Source of the DNA: an uncultured Opitutales bacterium
Lineage (GTDB): Bacteria > Verrucomicrobiota > Verrucomicrobiia > Opitutales > Intestinicryptomonadaceae
DNA length: 32,000 nucleotides
Assembly (NCBI GenBank): GCA_934613415.1
Contig: CAKTSY010000006.1
Coordinates: forward strand, 1-32,000
Reading direction: 5' to 3'
The notes below the pieces were generated by a model, which did no database searches, was not told the origin of the DNA, and saw nothing but the letters and a program-made list of their open reading frames with translations. This document shows, piece after piece, positions 1 to 6,411 of this stretch (the first letter of the stretch is position 1; each line of letters starts with the position of its first letter). The position numbers and the translations under genes are program-made.

Positions 1-992
1 GCGCTTGTAATTGTAGCGTTGCCTGTTCCGTTTACGGTTGTAGCTCCGCTTACTGTCGCCGCGCTGAGGTTGCCTCCGTTGAGCGTGGCGTCGAGCGCAC
101 CGAGTGTACCTGTCGCCGTTACGTCGGCTTGTGCGTCGCCAAAAGTCGCCGTTCCGGACACGTCGCCGATGTTTACCGCGCCGCTGTTCGAGGCTACGTT
201 AAGGTCTCCGGTAAGTGTTGTGGAAGATACGGTGTTCGCGCTCGCGATTGTAGCGTTGCCTGTCAGATTGTCGAGGCTTAGGTTGCCTGATATGTCATCT
301 GCGCTGAAATCGCCCGTAGTATTCGATACGCTAACATCGCCGACAGTATTTTTCGTCGAAATTTTACCTGTTGAATTTGTTATGGCAATGTTGCCGGTAA
401 TGTCGTCAGACTTGAACGCGAATGCCGACGGGTTGGAATCTCCCGTTGTCGCTGTCGCGTTGTCGACGGTTATGTTTCCGTTGCGGTTTCCTATTTCGAC
501 CGCAATCGCCGTACCCGATGCCGACTCGGCGGAAATATTTTTCGCGCTGAAATCGGCGGCGGCGGTTCCCGCCTTTACCCCCGTCGCGTTTCCGGCAGTC
601 GATGCGACTTTTATGCTTCCCTCGTTTTCAAGAACGTCTACTCCGACAACCCCGACTACGTCGCCGGTGCCGCTTTCAACGTTAAGTGCCGCCCCCGAGT
701 CGACGGTCAGCTTGTTTGTAGAACCGTCGAAGACGACCCCCTGGGTGGTGTCTTTTATTTCGGCTGTTCCCTGAACCTGCGCAGTGTCAACCGTGCCCAT
801 CGCTAGAGATGGTGTTTGGTCGTCCTGCTCGCCGTTAGCAATCGGAGCCGTGCGTGTCGACGTTCCGATGTGGGATACCCCTGATGTACTTGGATCATAT
901 GTCCAACCGTCCGCATAGACATTCGCCGCAAGAGCGAAGAGCAATGGAACGGAAAACGATATTCCTCGTTTCTTGTTCTTGGTCTTTTTCAT
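1..992 (-). CDS. Secreted beta-strand-repeat surface protein (autotransporter-associated / PATR-like repeats), N-terminal part. The gene runs off the left edge of the window.
   Basis: My own reverse-strand translation from the ATG at 992 gives MKKTKNKKRGISFSVPLLFALAANVYA|DGWTYDPSTSG..., a classic signal peptide. It is followed by G/T/S/N/A/V-rich degenerate repeats (TGDxxV, NxTGN, SGNLSL). There is no stop before position 1. It is absent from the ORF track because it is open-ended. It resembles the 21749-24133 protein. Confidence 0.6.
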   Translation of the reverse strand, partial: MKKTKNKKRGISFSVPLLFALAANVYADGWTYDPSTSGVSHIGTSTRTAPIANGEQDDQTPSLAMGTVDTAQVQGTAEIKDTTQGVVFDGSTNKLTVDSGAALNVESGTGDVVGVVGVDVLENEGSIKVASTAGNATGVKAGTAAADFSAKNISAESASGTAIAVEIGNRNGNITVDNATATTGDSNPSAFAFKSDDITGNIAITNSTGKISTKNTVGDVSVSNTTGDFSADDISGNLSLDNLTGNATIASANTVSSTTLTGDLNVASNSGAVNIGDVSGTATFGDAQADVTATGTLGALDATLNGGNLSAATVSGATTVNGTGNATITS

Positions 993-1047
993 ATTCTTGT
1001 CTTAGTTTGGTTTATACGTTAATAACAATCGCATCTGCAGTTCGATA

Positions 1048-1075
1048 TTCATAGTATTCAGAATACGACTGTCAA
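1048..1075 (-). promoter_or_regulatory. Sigma70-like promoter reading toward the repeat-protein gene: TTGACA (1075-1070), 16-nt spacer, TATGAA (1053-1048).
   Basis: The -35 hexamer spans the junction between the spacer (TT) and the IR arm (GACA). The equivalent junction facing the recombinase gene reads TAGACA. An A/T-rich tract lies upstream on the minus strand. Confidence 0.35.
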
Positions 1076-1226
1076 GTCAAAATAATTCAAAACCTTTGTA
1101 ATCTATTCTGTTGGGTATTTTTCCGTTTTGGAGACTGCGCCTGCCGCGCTGCGCCGTTTTTTATATATTCTGATTTTTACGGCGTTACGCTTTTGGTTTA
1201 GACAGTCGTATTCTGAATACTATGAA
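1048..1226. repeat. Perfect 26-bp inverted-repeat pair (1048-1073 ttcatagtattcagaatacgactgtc; 1201-1226 exact reverse complement) bracketing a 127-bp AT-rich spacer. Candidate invertible DNA switch.
   Basis: Read directly from the sequence; all 26 positions pair. Each arm contains the near-palindrome GTATTC-A-GAATAC. The pair lies between divergent gene starts at 992 (-) and 1222 (+). Confidence 0.85.
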
Positions 1227-2316
1227 CACTATACTTAATTCGGCTAAGGAAGTTTTGGGCGGGGCGGGAATTTCGGTTCTCGATTCCGCAAGATATATCA
1301 GAAACATTTTGGACTCGAAGCCTGCCGGCGGCAAATTGACCGACGCGCAGTTCGTTTTGAAGGTAATTGACGTAGGGTTGCGGCATATCCGCACAAAAGA
1401 AATGTCCCTTGCCGACGGATTTGCTATATATTTAAAGAGCAAGCAGCATTTGCGCCCAGATTCCATAAGGGATATTCGCTATTTGGGCAATCGGCTACTA
1501 AAAGCAAAGTCCGAATTTGGCAAACGCAATTTTTCGGAGCTAAGCGTTTCTGAATGCGAAGAATGGCTGAATGCGGCGTTTCATACGGATAATCAATTCA
1601 AGCGAAGCGCGAATGAGATTTCGCCACAGGCGAAAGACCCGAAGGGCGAGACGGCTCACGAAGTGAGTGCGAGTCAATTCAACAAGGGGCGGACAATGCT
1701 GCACGGATTGTTTGAATTCGCCATTCGGCGCGAGTGGTGCGACAAAAACCCGATAAAGCGAATCGAACGCAAGAAAGTAATCGAAAAGGAAATCCTGCCT
1801 CTGAAACTATCCGAAACAAAGCGGTTAATCACAACCGCCCAACGCGAAAGCCCGAATTGCGCAGTAGCCGCCGCGCTATTGGTATACACGGGAATCCGCC
1901 CGCGCGAAGTTAGGCGGCTTACTTGGCGCGACATCGACACCGAAGAAAAGACAATCACAGTCCGCTCGCAATGCTCCAAGACAGGCGGTGTCCGACAAGT
2001 GGAAATTCCGCCCGTCTTGAACAGACTTTTGATAGCGCATTCAAGCGAATTAAAAGAGGGAAAAATCTGCCCGACAGACTGGCAGCGCCGATGGCGCAAA
2101 ATTAGGGACAACTCTGGCTTTCGCGGACGCTGGGTTCAGGACGTTCTTCGCCACACATACGCGAGTTTCCACGCAAAACGCTACACCGATTTGCCTAGAC
2201 TGCAGCTAAATATGGGGCACCGCGATTTGTCTCTTTTGCGCAGCCGCTACATCAATATGCACGGTATTTCCCGCGCCGACGCAAAAAGCTTCTTCGAACC
2301 GAAGAATGTAAAATAA
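1222..2316 (+). CDS. Tyrosine site-specific recombinase (phage-integrase family).
   Basis: Catalytic-domain motifs are present: LLVYTGIRPREVRRLTWRDID (Arg box I) and LRHTYASFHAKR...LQLNMGHRDLSLLRSRYINM (HxxR ... H ... Y). The ATG at 1222 lies inside the right IR arm. An alternative start at Met61 (1402), MSLADGFAIYLKSK, looks like the natural start of a core-binding domain. Confidence 0.85.
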   Translation: MNTILNSAKEVLGGAGISVLDSARYIRNILDSKPAGGKLTDAQFVLKVIDVGLRHIRTKEMSLADGFAIYLKSKQHLRPDSIRDIRYLGNRLLKAKSEFGKRNFSELSVSECEEWLNAAFHTDNQFKRSANEISPQAKDPKGETAHEVSASQFNKGRTMLHGLFEFAIRREWCDKNPIKRIERKKVIEKEILPLKLSETKRLITTAQRESPNCAVAAALLVYTGIRPREVRRLTWRDIDTEEKTITVRSQCSKTGGVRQVEIPPVLNRLLIAHSSELKEGKICPTDWQRRWRKIRDNSGFRGRWVQDVLRHTYASFHAKRYTDLPRLQLNMGHRDLSLLRSRYINMHGISRADAKSFFEPKNVK

Positions 2317-2375
2317 CACTTCTATAACGTCGCCGATTTGCACAGGGCAAGGTCTTGTAGACGGCGGCGGACAAG

Positions 2376-2414
2376 TTTCGGCTAATCGGGAATTGTATTC
2401 CGTTTTAGCCGAAA
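2376..2414. terminator. Extended stem-loop between the convergent recombinase and relaxase genes. A 10-bp perfect outer stem (tttcggctaa / ttagccgaaa) encloses an inner ggaat/attcc stem.
   Basis: Seen in sequence. There is no flanking U-tract, so its role as an intrinsic terminator is uncertain; it could instead be a protein-binding site. Confidence 0.35.
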
Positions 2415-2477
2415 ATGCTTGGTTATGCTTGTAGGGACTTGGGACATAATGTGTGCCCGTATCGGGTATTTTTCCGC

Positions 2478-4715
2478 TTACAAATCGATCTCACAGCTGA
2501 TTGTTTGGTGGGGTGGTTCTTTTTGTGGTTCTGGGGTGGTTGGAGGTATGGACTTGGTCGGAGCGGGATTGTCTGTAGGGCGAGTATTCTGTTGCGGCTT
2601 GGGTGAGTTCGTTGCGGGCGGTTTGGTAATTTTTGGTCGCGGGTTAAGTGTCGGGCGGACGTATTGGGGATGTGGTTGAAGAGGCTGTTTTTGTTGTGGG
2701 GTTCGGTGTGCGGGTATTGCGGAGGCTGTTTTGCGGGGTTGCGCTCTATTATATATAGAGGGGCTGGTGGAAATTGGTCTTGGTATTTGGGGATTGTTTT
2801 GCGTGGGCGATGAACTTTTATTCATTTCCGCGGGACGGTTTACAATCTGCCGTGCTCGCGTGGAGGGTAGTTGCGAACGTTGTGGCTGAGTATGGAGTTG
2901 GGACGACGGTGGTTGTTGCTTTGACGGTGCATCAGGTTGCGATGGGGGTGTATGATTGAGGCTCGATGTTGGTATTACTACCTTTCTTAGTTGAGATTGT
3001 GCCTCAATCGGTATAAGAGTCGTCTTTGTCTGGATTGGTGTTTTTGTCTTATCGGAGTAGGAGAAATACGGTAACGGATGATGTTGCGATTGTGTCCGTT
3101 GGGGTATCGGGATTGTCTGGTCGGATTGCGTTCTTGCCGAAGTTTGCGGGAGGGTATTTGTGATTTGGTTTTTTACTACAATTTTCTTCAACCCGAACGA
3201 GCGTAGTAGTGGCATCGCGTAGTCTTCTTTGTGGGGCAATGTTGTTTGATCGTTCGAAATTAAAACAAGTTTTGAGCGTGTCGCGTTTACGGCTTTTATG
3301 AGTTTAAGGAAGTAGTCACAGCCGATAAAATCTGCGTTATCTAATATAAAGATTGAAGGAGGTCTGACTTTGCCAATTCCCGCAAAGGGTGTCGGATTAA
3401 CATTAAAATTCTTGCGAATACGCTTGCGACTGGCGTTTAAATACACAATCGGTGCCTTGTTGGCACCTACGAAGTTGTTCAAGTTTTTAGTGAACGAGGC
3501 TCCGCCGTCATCGTTAACTTCAAAGACGACACTCTGTTCGGAATACATATTTTGGTATCGGGCATCGGGGATTTCAATATCGGAAGAAAACGAGTCAAAC
3601 GTGCGCGCTGAGGCTTTGGCAAATTCTTTTCGTAATTCTGCGTGCACAGGCGGTTGATTGTCCTCCACCCCGCATAATCGGGCAGCCCAGTTTGCGATTT
3701 TGCCAAAAAGGTTTTGGGGCGTTTGTGGGACTTTCTGTTTGGTATTAATACCCTTCGGCGATGGATTCTTTTGCGGAGTTTTACCAATCATTCCTCGGGC
3801 AACCTTTGTTATCTGTTTGCCGCAGGCAATTTTTATCTCTTTACGAATGCACCTTAACGTCGCTTTTGTCATACTGTCTAGACGTTTGGGTTCTTTAAAG
3901 AGATTGGCGATTCTTGCGATTGCCCGTTTACCGTATTTCTTATTCGGATTTTTTGCCTGTAATTCTTTTGCTTTGCTTTTTATCTGCTTGCTCCGCTTGC
4001 TGAACCTATCGCACAACGACTGTGGAATTCCCGCGATGAACACTTCACCTTTGGCGTCCAACGACGCTTTTATTCCCTTGTCTTTCAGGCGTTCAACAAG
4101 CTTTTGGCGGTAAATCAATGTTGCTACTTGCGACTCTTTGTAGATTTCCAGCGGATCCAAGGCTTTGTATTTTTGCTCGTTTTGGTCGTAAGTTAGATTG
4201 AAAATTTCGTAATGGCTGTGCAGTTGCGGGTCGTCCGCTCTGCTTAAAAGGTGCGTGATTTTCACGCCAAGAAAACTTCCTGTAAAGACTGAATATTTTG
4301 CCCCGTTCTTCCGAATTCTCACCTTTGCCTTTTCCTCAATCCAGCGCATGGCTTCATCCGCCGCCTCTTCGTGGATTGCCATAAAATCATTGTCTTTGCC
4401 GAGCATGTAAACGGCAAGGATGGAAAACGCTTTCGGTGCTGACATGCATGCGCTGAAAATTTGGCGTTTGCATTCCCGCGGTCTTAGCTTTGCTTTCGTG
4501 AGTGGGTGTTTGTTGTCTAAAACTGACTTGAAAATATCCGAGGGAGCAAGTTTCTCTATGCCCAGCTTCCACGCAAGTCTGCCGAAAAGCTTCGCGTTTG
4601 TATTACTATTTTTGTCGTAGCAAAAGTAGCCCAGCAGGTCGTTTTCAAAATATTGAAGTACCTGTGCTTTATTCATGAACTTGGAAATTGTTAACATGCC
4701 TGCCAGTTTAGGCAT
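2478..4715 (-). CDS. TrwC/TraI (MobF-family) conjugative relaxase with a degenerate helicase-like middle region and a Pro/Gln/Thr/Ser-rich C-terminal tail.
   Basis: The N-terminal domain has a Tyr-containing start (QYFENDLLGYFCY) and the MobF histidine triad context HLLSRADDPQLHSHYEIFN. The middle has Walker-B-like IFILDNADFIG and KLVLISND, but no P-loop is visible. The last ~230 aa are low complexity. An alternative start is Met7 at 4697 (MLTISKF...). Confidence 0.8.
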   Translation of the reverse strand: MPKLAGMLTISKFMNKAQVLQYFENDLLGYFCYDKNSNTNAKLFGRLAWKLGIEKLAPSDIFKSVLDNKHPLTKAKLRPRECKRQIFSACMSAPKAFSILAVYMLGKDNDFMAIHEEAADEAMRWIEEKAKVRIRKNGAKYSVFTGSFLGVKITHLLSRADDPQLHSHYEIFNLTYDQNEQKYKALDPLEIYKESQVATLIYRQKLVERLKDKGIKASLDAKGEVFIAGIPQSLCDRFSKRSKQIKSKAKELQAKNPNKKYGKRAIARIANLFKEPKRLDSMTKATLRCIRKEIKIACGKQITKVARGMIGKTPQKNPSPKGINTKQKVPQTPQNLFGKIANWAARLCGVEDNQPPVHAELRKEFAKASARTFDSFSSDIEIPDARYQNMYSEQSVVFEVNDDGGASFTKNLNNFVGANKAPIVYLNASRKRIRKNFNVNPTPFAGIGKVRPPSIFILDNADFIGCDYFLKLIKAVNATRSKLVLISNDQTTLPHKEDYAMPLLRSFGLKKIVVKNQITNTLPQTSARTQSDQTIPIPQRTQSQHHPLPYFSYSDKTKTPIQTKTTLIPIEAQSQLRKVVIPTSSLNHTPPSQPDAPSKQQPPSSQLHTQPQRSQLPSTRARQIVNRPAEMNKSSSPTQNNPQIPRPISTSPSIYNRAQPRKTASAIPAHRTPQQKQPLQPHPQYVRPTLNPRPKITKPPATNSPKPQQNTRPTDNPAPTKSIPPTTPEPQKEPPHQTISCEIDL

Positions 4716-4742
4716 TTCATTTCAAAACAAACTTTGCGGCAC

Positions 4743-4886
4743 AGACGGCTACGCCGTCTTAAATATCATGGGGTTTTTCTCGCGGGATATGCGTTGCATT
4801 TCCCGCTCGATGGGGACGCTACGCGTCTATAAATTATCTGCTTGTTTCGGAGCGCTACACTAACCCTTCCGACTTCCGTCGGAGGG
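4743..4886. promoter_or_regulatory. Cluster of short GC-rich hairpins and palindromes in the relaxase-proximal divergent intergenic region. Candidate oriT or operator sites.
   Basis: Four elements seen in sequence: AGACGGC-TAC-GCCGTCT (4743-4759); GACGC-TAC-GCGTC (4815-4827); GCGGGA-N13-TCCCGC (4782-4806); and a 9-bp stem CCTTCCGAC-ttcc-GTCGGAGGG (4865-4886). Confidence 0.3.
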
Positions 4887-5046
4887 ACAACCCCACAGTT
4901 CATTGCCGATTCAGCTCGGCTAAATCAGGGCGAAATCCTCATCTCCTGAACCCTTCATGCCCTTCCGTTTCACCGTCCACGCTCTGCCGATTTTACCGAG
5001 CGATTGTTCCACTAACTACCCCCCCCTGAAACTTTTTTTGGGAATT

Positions 5047-5076
5047 TTCGCAAAGCCGAAGCATTTTTCCTATACT
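5047..5076 (+). promoter_or_regulatory. Putative promoter of the 355-aa gene: TTCGCA, 18-nt spacer, TATACT.
   Basis: The -10-like TATACT ends 7 nt before the ATG at 5084 and there is no Shine-Dalgarno sequence. This suggests a leaderless or near-leaderless transcript. Confidence 0.3.
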
Positions 5077-5083
5077 GTAGCCT

Positions 5084-6151
5084 ATGAATAAAAAAACAAA
5101 TACCCGAAAAGGTATCCCGCAACAAATTGCGGGAAAAGTTGAAAACATAAAACACGTGATTAAGGAAACCCGCAATCACGTCTTAAACGCGGAGAAATTC
5201 GTAGAGAAAGGGAAAAGTTACATCTTTGACTTGTGCGTAGACCTTGTCTTGCTTGCCCGTTCGGTGAAGCAAAATCCCACATATGGGTGGTTGTGCGATG
5301 AGGTGTTTTGTCTTGATCAGAAAGAGGGCTGTCCCGTTAAGCCGGACATATACAAAATCGCAAAGTCGCTCGGAGAAGTCTGTGTTAAGTTCCAATCGCC
5401 GCAAAAGGAAAACTTGCGCAAAGTTGGATGTTCGCGTTGGCAGACAATACGAAAGGCATTGGCTCGCTATCCAAAAGACAAGCGCGATGAGATTTTGAAT
5501 TCGTTGGCATCAGCCTCTTTTGACGAATGCGGGGAGGCATTGACACAAAAAGTCAACGCTACCGCAGCCGCTGCAAATATACAACCCGTGCAAAAGGAGA
5601 AAAGTGAACGGCAAAAGGTGAGGGATTCTTTTTACGCAACTCTAAAAAATATAACGGACGATACCCAGTTAAAGGCTTTGGAGCTGTATTTAGCTAACTT
5701 CAATGCCCCAAAGGTTGCGATGCAAAACGATACTGCCGAGGAGGCGGAAGAAGCCCTCGTTGCGCAACCGCAAAAATCGTCGCCCGAAAAATCGGCTACG
5801 CCGAATCAAATGCCAACGGAGGAAGACTTGGGTATTTCAATACCAAACCCCCAGGGCGAAACCTCTACCGCAAATACCACCGCCGCTAATACCATTCAGC
5901 TGCAGGGAAACCCAACGAACCCTTTCCCTATTCTTGACGGGCTTAGCAACAGTGAAAAGGCGAAAAAGATTCGGGTGTGGCTAACGAAACTTGAAGGGCG
6001 CGAAGCATACAAGCGAGATGCAAACAGCTACGAAATGAAAATCGCGTGGGTCGTCGTCAAAGGCAGGATACCAGCGCAAGAAGTTGCCGCTCTTAAAACC
6101 CACGAAGATCTTCGCAAATTGGCGGAAAATTTTTATCCTGAAAAACTTTAG
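5084..6151 (+). CDS. Hypothetical protein of the mobile module (355 aa) with a central acidic/Pro/Thr-rich linker.
   Basis: Long ORF with a clean ATG. I recognise no family motif. Its position next to the relaxase is compatible with a relaxosome accessory or maintenance role, which is speculation. Confidence 0.6.
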   Translation: MNKKTNTRKGIPQQIAGKVENIKHVIKETRNHVLNAEKFVEKGKSYIFDLCVDLVLLARSVKQNPTYGWLCDEVFCLDQKEGCPVKPDIYKIAKSLGEVCVKFQSPQKENLRKVGCSRWQTIRKALARYPKDKRDEILNSLASASFDECGEALTQKVNATAAAANIQPVQKEKSERQKVRDSFYATLKNITDDTQLKALELYLANFNAPKVAMQNDTAEEAEEALVAQPQKSSPEKSATPNQMPTEEDLGISIPNPQGETSTANTTAANTIQLQGNPTNPFPILDGLSNSEKAKKIRVWLTKLEGREAYKRDANSYEMKIAWVVVKGRIPAQEVAALKTHEDLRKLAENFYPEKL

Positions 6152-6153
6152 AC

Positions 6154-6411
6154 GTGAGTTTTTCAAAATTACATTGCAATTCGGCTGACTCGGATAAAGT
6201 CCGAGTTGTTGCCGAATTGTTCGCGCGAGCCGCCCGCAGAGTGGACGGACGCAAAATATTAACAGCCACAAAGCAAATAGAGCAGAAAGTACAATATCGC
6301 GGACAGACAACGGAAATTGCAAAATCGTTGAGAGGTTCGCGTTCAACGCGGTACAGAAACGCCCGAAAGATAATTAACGGCGTATCGCAAGGAGGAATTG
6401 CAAATGGGTGA
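6154..6411 (+). CDS. Small putative helix-turn-helix protein (85 aa, GTG start), possibly a recombination directionality or regulatory factor.
   Basis: The C-terminal half, GQTTEIAKSLRGSRSTRYRNARKI, resembles a resolvase-type HTH. Its stop overlaps the recombinase start (ATGGGTGA at 6404-6411), which implies translational coupling. The start codon is uncertain. Confidence 0.4.
   Translation: MSFSKLHCNSADSDKVRVVAELFARAARRVDGRKILTATKQIEQKVQYRGQTTEIAKSLRGSRSTRYRNARKIINGVSQGGIANG

Noticed and set aside
19-774. 251-aa plus-strand ORF (MPVPFTVVAPLTVAAL...), together with the many 60-220-aa ORFs lying antisense to the long repeat-protein, ribosomal, secY and guaA genes.
   Set aside because: These are low-complexity shadow ORFs lying opposite a better-supported minus-strand gene (signal peptide, repeat family). 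Their amino-acid composition (A/V/P/S runs) is typical of antisense frames of G/T/N-rich repeat genes.
1134-1166. GC-rich tract ctgcgcc-N7-ctgcgcc followed by a T6 run inside the IR-bounded spacer, considered as an intrinsic terminator.
   Set aside because: It is a direct repeat, not an inverted one. Only a 4-bp GCGC self-pairing is possible, so it is not a convincing hairpin. It may be a protein-binding site instead.
1048-1226. Alternative reading of the 26-bp inverted repeats as the terminal inverted repeats of a 179-bp MITE, or as a simple RNA stem.
   Set aside because: This is not excluded, but I saw no second copy of the arms anywhere else in the 32 kb. The placement between a surface-protein start and a recombinase gene, with promoter hexamers spanning the arm/spacer junction, fits an invertible switch better. 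It is kept as the main refutation route in the finding.
2415-2959. Plus-strand G/W/V-rich ORFs (63, 86 and 61 aa) in the G+T-rich stretch.
   Set aside because: They are the antisense of the relaxase Pro/Gln/Thr tail. The extreme strand skew keeps several frames open by composition alone.
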